Shown here one piece after another: positions 1-16,472 of a stretch of 64,000 nt of DNA (position 1 is its first letter; the number at the start of each line of letters is the position of its first letter). Location: the NCBI RefSeq assembly GCF_009914755.1, contig NC_060947.1. The stretch is one strand, 5' to 3'. The translations under genes and the position numbers were made by a program. Source of the DNA: the human T2T-CHM13v2.0 reference genome, Homo sapiens. The notes below the pieces were generated by a model, which was given only the letters and a program-made list of their open reading frames with translations, did no database searches and was not told where the DNA came from.

Positions 1-535
1 TGCACTCCAGCCTGGGCAACAGAGTCAGTTTCCAAAAAAAAAAAAAAAAAAAGAAGATCAGATAAATGAGACATCAAACTTAAAAACTTTTGGGCATCAA
101 AGGATACAATCAACAGAGTGAAAAGTCAACCTATACAATATAGGAAAACAGTTACAAATTGTATATTTGATCGGGAGTCAATAGCCAGAATATATATATA
201 TAAAAAAAAAAACCCTCCTACAACTCAACAACAACAAAAATCAAATAACCTTTTAAAAAATTGGGCAAAGAACTTGAATAGACATTTCTCCAAAGATAAT
301 ATACAAATGGCCAACAAGCAGATGAAAAGATGCTCAGTGTCACTAATCAGAGAAACGTCCATTGAAACTACAATAGGCTATCATCTTATACGCATTAGGG
401 CAGCTAATAAAAAAAAAAAGGAAAACAGAGAATAAGTGTTGGCAAGGATTGGAGAAACTGTACACCGCTGGTGAGATGTAAATGGGGCAGGCACGATGGA
501 AAACAATTTACAGATTCCTCAAAAAATTAAAAATA

Positions 536-812
<277 letters not shown>

Positions 813-814
813 AA

Positions 815-1038
815 AAGAGAAGAGAAGAGAAGAGAAGAGAAGAGAAGAGAAGAGAAGAGAAGAGAAGAGAAGAGAAGAGAAGAGAAGAGAAGAGAAGAGA
901 AGAGAAGAGAAGAGAAGAGAAGAGAAGAGAAGAGAAGAGAAGAGAAGAGAAGAGAAGAGAAGAGAAGAGAAGAGAAGAGAAGAGAGAAAAGAAAAGAGAA
1001 AAGAAAAGAAAAGAAAAGAAGAAAGAAAAAGAAAAAGA
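815..1038 (+). repeat. (AAGAG)~34 pentanucleotide array followed by (AAAAG)n
   Basis: Uninterrupted agagaagaga blocks 816-985, then AAAAG-type units. Confidence 0.97.
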
Positions 1039-1344
1039 AAAAAATTAAAAATAGGACTACCATATGATCCAACAATTTTACTTCTGGGCATATATCCAAA
1101 AGAATTGGAAGCAGGGTCTAGAAGAAATATTTGCACACTATGTTAATAGTAGCACTATCCACAATACTCAAGAGGTAACCTAAATGTCCATCGACAGATG
1201 AATGGATAAACAAAATGTGGTCTGTACATACAATGGATTATTCACCCTTGAAAAGGAAGTTCTGACACATGCTACAACCATGAATGAACCTTGAGGACAT
1301 TACACTAAGTGAAATAAAGCAGTCAGAGAAAGACAAACCCTGTA

Positions 1345-1553
1345 CAAGGTTGTTCAACCAGCGGCCCATATGGTCCATGATGGCTTTGAATGCAGCCCAA
1401 TACCAATGCGTAAACTTTCTTAAAACATTATGAGGTTTTCTTGCAATTTTTTTTTTTTTAGCTCATCAGCAATGGTTAGTGTATTTTATGTATGGTCCAA
1501 GACAATTCTTCTTCCAATGTGGCCCAGGGAAGCCAAAAGATTGGACAGTAGTG
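1345..1553 (-). mobile_element. MER30 (hAT-Charlie)
   Basis: Matches recalled MER30: tggctttgaatgcagcccaa...ttcttaaaacattatgag...gtggcccagggaagccaaaagattggaca. Confidence 0.85.
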
Positions 1554-1816
1554 CTGTACGATTTCACTTATATGAGGTACCTGGGATAGTCACAGTCACA
1601 GAAACAGAAGAATGGTGGTTGCTAGGGACTGGGGAAGGGAGCAACGGGCAGCTGTTTAATGAATGTGTGCATAGTTTCAGATTTACAAAATGAAAACTTC
1701 TAGAGCCCCGTTTCACCATATGTGAACATATTTAACAGTACTGAACTATATGCTTAAAAGTGGTTAAGATGGTAAATTTTATATGTATTTTTTTGCTACA
1801 ATAAACACCAAACCAA

Positions 1817-2114
1817 GGCCGGGCACAGTGGCTCATGTCTGTAATCCCAGCACTTTGGGAGGCTGAGGCGGGTGGATTACTTGAGGTCAGGAGTTTGAGA
1901 CCAGCCTGGCCAACACGGTGAAACCTCGTCTCTACTAAAATACAAATATTAGCCAGGCGTGGTGATGCGCACCTGTAATCCCAGCTACTCAGGGGGCTAA
2001 GGCAGCAGAATCGCTTGAACCCGGGAGGCGAAGGTTGCAGTGAGCCAAGATTACGCCATTGCACTCCAGCCTGGGCGACAGAGTGAGCGTCTCAGGCCAA
2101 AAAAAAAAAAAAAA
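1817..2114 (+). mobile_element. AluS
   Basis: ggccgggcacagtggctc...polyA. Confidence 0.92.
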
Positions 2115-3351
2115 GTAGTATATGCAGTGTGCTGTGGTAACATTAGGGAGGGAGTTCTGGTTCCAGATCTCTTATTGACCAAGTGTTACATTTTGGGCCC
2201 TTGCCTTTTTCTTTGTTTGTTTCTTTCTCCTCTCCAAAACAAAGGATTTGGACTAAATGATTCCTTTTAAGTTGGCAGATTTTGTGGTTCTCTTCACTAG
2301 AAAAGCAACAAGTATGTATCCTTCTTTCACAAGATGCTTTTAGGAGCCTGGAGACAATGCATTAGAAAAGTGGGAAGATGTCATCATTTTTCTACATTTG
2401 ACAAACATGTCATAAAGAATGCTACTTATATCCACATGGAAATTAAGACAGCGAAATCAAACAGCGAACATCAACAGAAGAGACAAAAGGAGGCTCGTGG
2501 CTACTGTAGAGATGACGAGCTCACTCTGCCCTCTCGGCTGGGAAGCTCAGAGACTAAGGCTCAGGTGAATACAGTAGGTTCTGGAACAAGCATGCAGCCC
2601 CTCTGGTGTGGGCTGGATTCAGTCACGTTCATCTCATGTCCCCTGCACACATTTCTAGGGTCTGCAGAGCATTCTCATCTAGCACTCCCCTTATTTACAG
2701 AACGACATATTAGACATTCCAGTCAGTGCGTCACACATCCAACTGCCCTGCCACTTGCTGAGTAATTCAAAGAGGTAAATTTTGCCAGAGTTGGTAGTCT
2801 CGATCCAAAGATGCTGGAAGTAGAATATGAGCACATGCCTTCTATTTTGCGACTGGCAAGTTCTATTTTGTTTTGAACCTGGGACTTTGATTCTGATTTT
2901 CTTCTTCTAGACCATCCAGCTCACTGGCTGGATCCCTGGTCAGAATATTCTGACTACATTCATATATCTAATAAAGCCCCATTTGTAAAAGCAACAGCAA
3001 ATACAAATCACTCATAAAATATTCCATGCCATCAAGCAGCAAGCAGTTTAACTGCTCAGTGGAAACTTGAAGTAGCTTTGAATGGGCTTCTGAACGCAGT
3101 GGAGTGGAAGGTATCAGGGAAAGCTGACCGGCTCGAGCCAGCTTTCCCACTAACAGGGAGCCCTTGACATCTGAGGGTCGAAAGTCATCCATTACTGCCA
3201 ACCTTCAGTAACTCATTTCTGGCCATGATTTGCTCCACTTCCTGAGAGCTAAAGGTCAACCTTCATGCAGGAAAACTCATTTCTTGTCCATCACTATTTT
3301 CCCCTTTACAGATACAAAGTAATGCCATAAACTCGCTCAAAACTATATATA

Positions 3352-3578
3352 CCAGTTAGGTATCTCTTATCCAAAATGCTCGGGACCAGAAGTGCTTTGG
3401 ATTTGCAGTATTTCAGATTTTGGAATGTTTACATTATACTTACGAGTTAAGCATCCCTAATTTGAAATACAAAATGCTCCAATGAGCATTTCCTTTGAGC
3501 ATCATGTTGGCGCTCAAAAAGTTTTGGATTTAGGAGCACTTTTCAATTCAGATTTTCAGATTAGAGATGCTCAATGTG
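3352..3578. mobile_element. Tigger4a/MER46-like TcMar MITE
   Basis: tatctcttatccaaaatgctcgggaccagaagtg...ttttcagattagagatgctcaa; imperfect terminal inverted repeats with TA flanks. Confidence 0.75.
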
Positions 3579-3929
3579 TAATGCAAACTCCTACTATGTT
3601 GACGGCTGGCCAACTTAAGCCTAAAGCAAAAATGTGAAATTCAGGATCAGATTACATGTGTAAATGAAGCAAGTATTGCAATCCCATAGAAAATCCTTAG
3701 TTTGTTGGAGAAAATGAGGTTCTCAGTGTTGGAGACCCCGTCTGGCCCTATTAAACAGAGCCACTGTCTAACAGGAGATAATCAGACTAGAAGGAAAAGA
3801 CCCATCAAAGAGAAAGGTGGCTATCTGGTGTGCAATCCCAGCCATTCTGCTTCCAAACGGGAAACGTATTCATCTCAGGATCACCTCATCCTGCTATACC
3901 TGTTTCTCCTAAATACCAATTTTCTATGT

Positions 3930-4259
3930 CTTTTTTTCTTTTTTCTTTTTTTTTTTTTTGAAACAGGGTCTCCATTCTGCCACCCAGGCTGGAGTGCAAT
4001 GGTGCAATCATGGCTCACTACAGCATCAACTTCCCAGGATCAAGCAAGCCGCCTACCTTAGCCTCCTGAGTAGCTGAGAGACTACAAGCACAAGCCATCA
4101 TGCCTGGCTAATTTTTTTTTTTTTTTTTTTTTTTTTTTTGTAGAGACGGGGTTTTGCCATGTTGCCCAGGCTGGTCTTGAACTCCTGAGCTCAAGTGATC
4201 TGCCCGCCTCGGCCTCCCAAAGTGCTGGGATTACAAGCATGAGCCACTGCGGCCGGCCC
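3930..4259 (-). mobile_element. AluJ-like
   Basis: PolyT followed by reverse-complement Alu with a long middle T run. Confidence 0.9.
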
Positions 4260-4689
4260 CAATTTTCCATTTCAAATCTTGTTTTACTCTTTTGTTATTT
4301 TGAGAAAATGGCAATCTATTATTTCATTCTCTGTCTGACAACGGTTACCTCTACTATGTCTGGGAAAAAGACTTAGTGATGAGTAACTTAAAAGGCCCTT
4401 ATAGTTTTTATTTAACAAACCAATTTTTTACAGCACTTACAGTGTGCCAGGCACTCTCCCAAGAACCTCAGGCGTGATGGCTCATTTAATGGTTATTAAT
4501 CAAGCACAGGTAAATATAAATAAGAATGGAGCTTACTATGTCGGGGGAACAAAGTTACAAGACTTTATCAGGCTTAATGAAGACTGGCCGTCATTCACAA
4601 CAATGCATCCTTGGGATGCTGGGTTTAAAGGCTGCTGGGGAGAGAGCAGGTGCATTTCCACAGAGACCATGAAGCTTTCTCCCAAAAAG

Positions 4690-5235
4690 GAATCAGAATC
4701 CTACCACTGTTTGCCGATGTCTACTACAAGCACATGCTATATACCCGAGAAATGTATCCATATGTGTAGAAAAAGCATGTACAGCAATGTCCATAGCAGC
4801 GCTGTTCTCAGTATCCCCAAACCGCAAACAACCTAGAGGCCCATCAGCAGTAAAACAGATGATTGTGGCATACCTATACCAAGGACTACGCGACGGCAAT
4901 GAGAACGAACAAACCACTAATACACACAACCGCATAGATGAATCTCGCGAACACGACGATGAATGACACAAAAGAGTACACACTGTGTGATTCCGTTTAT
5001 GTGAAGTCAAGGACAAGCCAAACTCATCTATGGAGACAGAGGCTGTAACAGTGGTCACCTATGGAGGGGTTAAGGATTGCCTGCAAAGGAGCACAAGGGA
5101 ACTTCTGGGGTGATGGAAATGTTTTCTTTTTTGATGGGAGTGTTGTTTCCATGTGTATAGCCAATTATCAAACACAAATCATATACTTAAGATCTGTGCA
5201 TTTCACTGACTGCAAATTTTACCGATTTAAAAAAG
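4690..5235 (+). mobile_element. Old L1ME-like 3' end
   Basis: gatgaatctc...cacaaaagagtacacactgtgtgattccgtttatgtgaag and agggaacttctggggtgatggaaatgtt are typical L1ME 3' UTR. Confidence 0.7.
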
Positions 5236-5511
5236 AGATGTGACCTCGTATGTGTTACAAGATATGTGAAGCCGGGGGTGCCTGTTTTGATGCCGTCATA
5301 AGCTATTAGGATGGATTGATGTGTTCAATCTCACAGCTAGAATGTGTATGCCAAATACAAAGTCCCTGAGGACAAAGACTGGACCTTGTCCATCTTCATA
5401 ACCTTGGCATTTAGCACGTGACCTGGCTCATACCCGATGTTGAATGAAAGAAGGAAGCACAATTCAATGGGTGGCATGTTTCAAAACCTGTACGTACATT
5501 ATCGTTCTTAC

Positions 5512-5618
5512 CTATTCAGTGCAAACGCATAGTGGAATTTAATGTTATGCTGATCGGCCAAATCACACGTAGGCAGCATCTCCAGTGTTTCCACCAGCTT
5601 CACCATCGCATCATAGTC
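5512..5618 (-). CDS. MAP3K15: MAP3K15 coding exon 6 (107 nt)
   Basis: ccaacag|GAC... encodes [35 protein letters not shown]. Donor AG|gtaaga, phase 2. The gene continues beyond position 1. Confidence 0.96.
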
Positions 5619-5732
5619 CTGTTGGCAAGAGGTCCCAAAGTGAGCAAGAGAGGAAACACAGCTCTTCACTGATTTTTCTGAATTGTTATAAACAGGAGAC
5701 AGCCTCCGCACTTAAAGACAGGCCCTTCCTTA

Positions 5733-6243
<511 letters not shown>

Positions 6244-6359
6244 TCAGCAGAGATGTGTGTTAAAGTGAGCTGGACAAATACACACAAGCAAACTTCCAGT
6301 CAAAGCACATAGATTCCAGTCTTTCCTATTTTGCCAGAATCAAATACATTAATCTAAAC

Positions 6360-6565
6360 TAGTGTTTCTCAACCTTGGGACTAGTGACGTTTCTGGACCA
6401 TAATTCTCTGTTGTGGGAGCTGTCCTGGGCACTGTAGGATGCTGGCCTTGACCCACTGGAAGCCACAGCACACCACCCACCTCATGCCCCACACACGCAC
6501 TTAGTTTTTACAACTGAAAATGTCTCCAGACACTGCCAAAAAAGTCCTTGGGTTGAGAACCACTG
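6360..6565 (+). mobile_element. MER20 (hAT-Charlie)
   Basis: tagtgtttctcaacc...ataattctctgttgtggg...aaaatgtctccagacactgccaaa...ggttgagaaccactg; near-TSD atctaaac/ctctaaac. Confidence 0.85.
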
Positions 6566-6995
6566 CTCTAAACTCTGCATAATTACCTGGAGAAAAATTG
6601 CGACCATGCTTGTCTCAGCCAAGTCCCCTCTTAGCAGTGCCGCCTGTTACTCTTTCAGCCAGGCTTAGAATCGTTGGAACTGGCCAACTTGCTGACAGCC
6701 AGCCATGGTCAGCAGAACAGGGCTTCCCACTGAAATGCCATGCCTGTCCTGTGGCTCTGCGCCTTGATGCTGCTGCCCCAGGAGGGAGAAGGCAGGGTAT
6801 TCCAAGAACCTCTTGGCCCACCTTTGAGCATGAATGGAAGGTTATGAAAAGAAGGGATACATGAAGGGAAGGACAAAAAGCAGCAGCTCGAGGGAAGAAA
6901 GGCTTCAAGAAAAGCCATTCCCATGTTCTTGTCCTGGGAGACAAGACCTAATCATTATCATCCCTAGTAGCAACTGCTATTAAAATCAGCTAGCT

Positions 6996-7326
<331 letters not shown>

Positions 7327-7749
7327 CTAGCTGCATCTGTTTATCACCAGGGGCAGGAGTTCCTTACTGGTTGACTCTGTTTTGGTCCAGGTCATAAGTG
7401 GACGCCTCCATCACTTCAATTTAAAGACTTCTAGCCAACAACTCTCAACATGGCTTTGTGGAATTCTATGAGTAAGGTACGTGATCCTGTGTTCCTCCAA
7501 AGGAAAGGAAGCCAAGACATCCTTAGAGATGGCTCAATGGCATTCAACTTGGAGAGAGGAAACGCTCAATTTCCTTCACGGAACCACAGACCAAAAGACC
7601 AGTCTCAGAACTCTCCAGTAGCTTCTGATGCTTGTCTCAGAATAAACATCTACATTCTCTGGGTCCTGAATGTGTTTCTGCTACTCCTGTTCTCCCTGTC
7701 ACTGATGTATGGTGGTAAACAAAGGAGGAAGTGACAAAAGCCTAAAGGA

Positions 7750-7990
7750 AGTTGCACAGCAGAGGGGTTAGGAACAAGGACAACGGAGCATCAGTCTCAG
7801 TCTGAATCCTGACCTAACCAACTGCTGTGTGACCTCGGGCAAGTTACTTAACCGCTCTGTGCCTCAGTTTCCTCATGTGTAAAATGTGGATAATCAGAGT
7901 ACACATATCCCACATAGGGTTGTTAAGAGGATTAAATGAATTCAGGTTTGTCAAAGGGCTTGGAACAATGCCTAGTGTAAAGTTCATATA
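7750..7990 (+). mobile_element. MIR SINE
   Basis: Core tgtgtgacctcgggcaagttacttaaccgctctgtgcctcagtttcctcatgtgtaaaatg. Confidence 0.85.
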
Positions 7991-8150
7991 AACTTAAATT
8001 CTTGGCTCCTTCTGCCAAACAGTCCTGTTTATGACATCTCTTCTTGTCGGAGTGGTCACACCAGCCCCGATGTGACAAAACCTTCTCCAAAATTTCCACC
8101 ACAACAGATAAGCTGGATGACCTATGACCTAGCCACATACCATTTGTCTA

Positions 8151-8529
<379 letters not shown>

Positions 8530-8583
8530 TCAAGCCAAGGAAGAACGTAGCATACGTGAGCCTCGGCTAGGTGGATTTCATAC

Positions 8584-8752
8584 CTGGATATCACGGTAGG
8601 ACAGGAGTAAGTTAATGATGATGTCTGAGGTCAGAACCTCAGTATTATCCATGCGGAGCTTGATCCGAGCTAGCTCCTTCGCCAGTTCCTCACCTTGGTA
8701 TTTCTCTCTGGCTTTCCGGATGTCATTTAACAAGGTTTCTTTGTAATAAACA
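8584..8752 (-). CDS. MAP3K15: MAP3K15 coding exon 5 (169 nt)
   Basis: ttctatag|T completes TG|T (Cys). Encodes VYYKETLLNDIRKAREKYQGEELAKELARIKLRMDNTEVLTSDIIINLLLSYRDIQ (ASK central regulatory region). Donor CAG|gtatga, phase 0. Confidence 0.96.
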
Positions 8753-9228
8753 CTATAGAAAGAAAAACACAAAAACCTCCAGTCACATCTGCACGCACCC
8801 AGGACTGTCTTGCGCCCAAAAATGGTTCTCATTGACCTGACTTAGGCTAACACATAGGGACCTCGGCCCAGACCTGAGCCTCCCTGCACCAGCAAACAGA
8901 AGATGCTTTCTACTTATTCACATTTTATAGACCAATGAATGACAAGTAAAAATCAGTTCATTCAACCTTGAAGATACTTTCAAAGGTGACTCCCATCTGT
9001 ACTTGGACAACACACAGAACTTGCAGCCAACCAAACCCACTGTCTCCGGCATTTTCAAACATATAGAGGGTGAGAAGTTACCTTCCTTGTGTATTTATTT
9101 TCGCCACTAGTAACAAAGCCAAACGGAGCTCCAAAACCCCTGAAACATACATGAGAATGACTTGAAAATGAATTTCTCTATCAGGTGTCTCTCATTAGTA
9201 GTCATGAAGCTTTCCCCAATTGAGGTGA

Positions 9229-10002
<774 letters not shown>

Positions 10003-10152
10003 TAGTTTTCTAATGGAAAACACAAAACTTCCCTCAGGTGAGCAGCTAGATAAGCACGAGGAAGCTTAAAAACACTTAAAGCAGTTAAATTCACGCTGGA
10101 ATATCACCATAGTCTCTTGAAGAGCCAATGCTATTATCTGGTATTTGGTTTA

Positions 10153-10683
<531 letters not shown>

Positions 10684-12791
10684 CTAAATTTAATAATAGT
10701 CTTCAAAGAGAGAAAAACAACATGAGATACAATAAGAACAAATGGTGCCTACTTTCAATAATTACAAAACAATGCCAAATATGTGTACATACAGTACATA
10801 ACCTGGTCCAATGCTCACAAGAGGACCTCCATTAACATTTAAAGAATGAAGTGACGCACACAGCAGGGGTTCTGATAGAAAAATATCAATGCATTGCTTT
10901 AGTTTTCTATTTCCTTTTTTGTTAATTGCCATCATCCCAATAATGAACAAAATTAGCAGATTCTGCCAGTGTTTAAAATTCTGTCACTAATTGAATGAGT
11001 CATTAAGTTGGATGCCAGCCATTGCACATTTGGTGGACTATAAAGGCACTGAAGCTATTAAAGTGTTATTAGGTTAGCCCGATAAGTAAAAAGTTATACT
11101 TCAGCCTTATTTTTCAAGGGTAATTCTGAAAAATAATTTTAATAAACTAAGAAACCTAAGAAGAACAGTACCTTTTAGGTAAATTAAACACTGGTTTGAG
11201 TATGGCTTGGGGACATCAGATATGTAATAAGCATGCAGCCATTTCTGCCCCTGTAACCAAGGAAGATGTTGCTGATCAATGAGCACTTGGAAATGGCTTC
11301 CAAGCCATTCCAGCACAGGACTCAAAATAGACTTTATAAATCTATCAGAGCTGGCGCTTGAGCTCAAAACTTCCTTTCCATCTGTGTTATAGATGTTTTA
11401 AACTATAAGCACCACTTCCCCTCCTACTAACTGTTGTCAGACACTGCCAGTTCAGAGGGTGGAATCCACCAATAGGTATTTCAAGCCCTTTGAAACTAAA
11501 TGAAATCACAAGAGTTGTTTGCCTACTGATACATACACACACTGAGTGAGAAACAAACTTGAATCCATGTCTTGCAAAGACCTAAATCATCTGGCAGATC
11601 TAGCCAGTCTACCTCCTTGTCAGACTTGAAAATATGGTATTGGGAGAGCTTTCTATAAAACTTCACTCAAGTGTTTGTTTTGCAATCAGACAACAGTTAG
11701 CAAGGCATGACTGCATGAGGTTTTCCAGGAATGTGCCACAAAATGTCCCCCATTTGCTCTCTGTGTTGGCATGTGGTCACACATGTTTAGGTTTCTAATC
11801 TCCTTTTCCATTAAAGTCTGTAGAAGAAGGTCTGTATCCAGGGAAGAGGTGACGGGATAGAAAAGGAGACCATTAATAAGTGTCTCCCTTGTACCAACAC
11901 TACAATAGAACACTCCGCAGTTCAGGGTGCCACTATTTGAGCCACAGTGTGACAGGAGGTCCTCTACATTTCATTTCAGGTCAGCTCTGCCAGTGTTTGG
12001 GATTTTCATTTGTTTTGGAAGGACAAATCCTTCTCCTTGTGACACAACTTACGGGAATAAATCCTTTAAATTGGCTGCAAGCAAAATAACTGGATCCTTT
12101 GGTTAAGAAGAATAATTTTTCTTTTACTTTCACAATAATAACATCTGAAGGTATGGTTTCTTGAGCACTGAGGCTCCAATAGGTGAGCTGACTATTTCAG
12201 TGCTACACAGGTAGGAATCATCTAAGCCAAGATTCCAATCTAAACCTATTCACTTCTGCATATTTCACCTCACCTAACCTAAATCTAAAGAGAACACAGC
12301 ACAGTACATCCTGAGGATAGCTGCAGCTCCACTCAACGCACGAAGGCTTTTAAAGCACGAGAGCGTAAGGTCAGAACGACCTTGCTGAGATATATGAAGA
12401 GCCCCAACAGCCACGCGAGTGTAAAGCCATGCTCAGAAATCATCTTGAAACACAGGATCTCAGAGCTGAAAGAGATCGTTAAAAAAAAAAAAATCACTGA
12501 CAACTTCCTATAAGTTGTCTTATCTAGAAGAGACAGAACAATCAGAGAGAAGAGAAGTTACATGTCAAGATCAAACAGGGAGTCAGGGCCAGACACGGGC
12601 TCAATCCCGACTTCTTAACTCCAGTTCTATTCTCTTTTGGTTTCATTTCAGTGGCCCAGCTAAGTGAGCCAGTAAGGGACAATAGTGGGTTCTCCAGCAA
12701 CTCTGTTCATTTGAAGGTGTACCGCTTCCCTGAAAGAAATGGGGACATCTTGGTGAGTCTCCAGGGGTTACTGGTGGCAGATGGGAATTAC

Positions 12792-12985
12792 CATGAGGTC
12801 ACGTGGATGTCCTTAAGGAGGCTAATGAACCTGTCCACCAAAGGCATGCACAGCGGGCCCAGGATGTTGTCCCAGTTGGGCTGCATGTACTCGGAGGCTC
12901 GTCTCTGGGCATCACTCTCGCAGCAAAAATAATCAGTGCACGGTGTCACGATGTATGGGATGAAATAATAATTTCCACTGGATGC
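12792..12985 (-). CDS. MAP3K15: MAP3K15 coding exon 4 (194 nt)
   Basis: tttttccag|GCATCC... encodes ASSGNYYFIPYIVTPCTDYFCCESDAQRRASEYMQPNWDNILGPLCMPLVDRFISLLKDIHVTS. Donor TG|gtaatt, phase 2. Confidence 0.95.
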
Positions 12986-13480
12986 CTGGAAAAAAGAAAC
13001 AAAGATGTTCCAGAAAGTAACTTATGTGGAAGTGTAGGCTCTGGGCAGGTGGCGCCTGGTGGGACAGGCATGGAGAAAATACTTGAGGATGAAAACAATT
13101 CGTTCAATACGACTATGGATCTATTAGGCACAAAACAGGAAACCGCTCGATTTCAAAAGCTCTACCACGTAGATATATGACAAAAATTTGGTTTCAAATA
13201 CTGAACTGATCTGTATGTATCTCTGAACTTCACTGGCAGAAATTTTAGGGTTTTAAATCTCAGAAATCACATTGTTTCATTATATGTGCCCAAAACCAGA
13301 GGGAACATGAACCTCCTGATAAGCAAGGATTGCAACATGGCATATTGTTTTTTCTTTCAGCATAGATGAAAAAGGCATATTATTTGATCATTTAACTATA
13401 GGTGAGCTATTATAAACTTTGTGGAATAAAAATTGTTTTGTAGGAAGCATATATTAATATAATGAGTCTCAGATCTCTTC

Positions 13481-13772
<292 letters not shown>

Positions 13773-14029
13773 TAAATTTCGTATTTTTACGTGTCCTGAA
13801 ATCATCATCTTACTTTGTTATTTTCCAACCATTAATAAGTGTAAGAACCATTCTTAGCTCCCAGGACATACAGAAACAGGTGACGAGTCAATGTTGTCTT
13901 AGACAAAGCTTCTGATATTCTATTATCCCTGAAAATAGGGTTGGTTTTCTGAGAATACTTACATCCTGCTGCAAAGCAGCAGCTGGAGACCATCCTTGTG
14001 GGTACCAGCTATTGGTATTAAGTCTGTCA

Positions 14030-14355
<326 letters not shown>

Positions 14356-14406
14356 CCCACAAATACCAGTGTTGTAAGTAGAAAGGGTAAAAATTCAGGT
14401 GTGTAG

Positions 14407-14408
<2 letters not shown>

Positions 14409-14448
<40 letters not shown>
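14409..14448 (+). repeat. (GT)n microsatellite
   Basis: About 20 GT units. Confidence 0.97.
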
Positions 14449-14450
<2 letters not shown>

Positions 14451-14542
14451 TAAGTGGGGTAGCAGGCTCCTATCTACTTCTTCACAGCCACTAGGAATTG
14501 CCTACCCCACAGGAACAAAGACTCTCTGTTCCCTGTGGCACT

Positions 14543-14702
14543 TTTTTCTTTTTTTGAGACAAGGTCTTGCTCTGTCACCCAGGCTGCAGTGCGGTGGCAC
14601 AATCACAGCTTACTGCAGTCTCAAACTCCTGGGCTCAAGCGATCCTCCTGCCTTGGCCTCCCAAAGGGTTGGGATTACAGGTGTGAGCCACTGCACCTGG
14701 CC
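14543..14702 (-). mobile_element. Alu monomer (FRAM-like)
   Basis: Single ~160-bp arm with T tail. Confidence 0.8.
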
Positions 14703-14865
14703 TTGTAATACTTTCAAGTTCTTAAAGAGACTCAAATCACTCAGCATTAAGGTTTTGGTAAGTTAGAGGTAAATTTCTCCCTCATCCATGCCAAGAAAGC
14801 CATGTTCCTAGACTAAATTAAATGCCATTTACATATTCAAAAGTTAAACTTTCTTTCTTCCACCT

Positions 14866-15246
14866 TGATATGGTTAGGCTTTGTGTCCCTACCCAAATCT
14901 CATCTTGAATTGTAATCCCCGTAATCCCCATGTGTCAAGGTAGAGACCAGGTGGAGGTAACTTGATCATCAGGGGCGGTTTCTCCCATGCTGTTCTCCTG
15001 ATAGTGAGTGAGTTCTCATGAGACCCGATGGTTTTATAAGGGGCTCTTCCCCCTTCGCTAGGCACTTCTCCTTCCTGCCACCTTGTGAAGAAGGTATCTT
15101 GCCTGCGGCTCCCCCTTCCACCATGATTGTAAGTTTCCTGAGGCCTCCCCAGCCATGCTGAACTGTGAGTGAATTAAACCTGTTTCCTTTACAAATTACC
15201 CAGTCTTGGACAGTTCTTTATAGCAGTATGAAAATGGACTAATACA
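14866..15246 (+). mobile_element. THE1D-like MaLR solo LTR
   Basis: tgatatggttaggctttgtgtcc...aatggactaataca, 381 bp, TG...CA ends, perfect 5-bp TSD cacct (14861-14865 and 15247-15251). Confidence 0.9.
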
Positions 15247-15473
15247 CACCTGAAATTGGTTGATGTTATGGTCAAAGACTTCCTAGTTCAGACAGAGGGA
15301 GAAAAGGACTGTGTAGATCAGTGAGGTCTAGAAGGAAAAATACCTTTGAAGAAACATCATTTGTTATTTTCAAAAAGTTAAAGTTGGACTGGAAGTGTAA
15401 GGAGCTTCCCAGATCCTATCCCCAGAAAGACAACCATAACTGATGAAAATTCTTTTTAAACAGCCATTTAAAG

Positions 15474-15693
15474 CAAGCTTGTCCAACCGGGGCCCATGGA
15501 CCACATATGGCCCAGGATGGCTTTGAATGTGGCCCAACACAAATTTGTAAACTTTCTTAAAACATTATGAGATTTACACACAAACTTTTTTTTTAATAGC
15601 TCATCAGCTATTGTTAGTGTATTTTACATGTGGCCCAAACAATTCTTCTTCCTCCAATGTGGCCCAGCAAAGCCAAAAGACTGAACACCCCTG
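15474..15693 (-). mobile_element. MER30 (hAT-Charlie), complete
   Basis: caagcttgtccaacc...gaacacccctg with perfect 8-bp TSD atttaaag (15466-15473 and 15694-15701). Confidence 0.9.
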
Positions 15694-16072
15694 ATTTAAA
15701 GTCTCTATAAGTTGTCCTGAGGGCATGTAGCAAATGGAAAAACATTTTATTCAAGAAAATCTAAATCTTGTTAGTAAGATTCTGCAGCATTTGGGCCATA
15801 AACTGCTCCCCCGCCCCCACACCCAGCCCAGACTGACTGAAGTTCTACTCTAAGTAGGTGTGGCCAAGACAAAAGGGCTCCCTCTTGTCCCTGGTCCAGA
15901 GTCACTGTTTCTCCTTAGAAGACCAGGCCACCAACATTCTTATTCCTCGCAGCCTGATATTGTAGAAGCTCTATTCCAGGCAAGTGTGGTCAAGATGACC
16001 AGGGCTCCCTTGCTCTACCCAGCCTACACCTGTAGGGTAGAAGCTCTACCCTAGGCAAAACAGGCTAAGAGA

Positions 16073-16472
<400 letters not shown>

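Noticed and set aside
12651-13180. Plus-strand ORFs overlapping exon 4
   Set aside because: Antisense shadows of the real exon with no recognisable homology.
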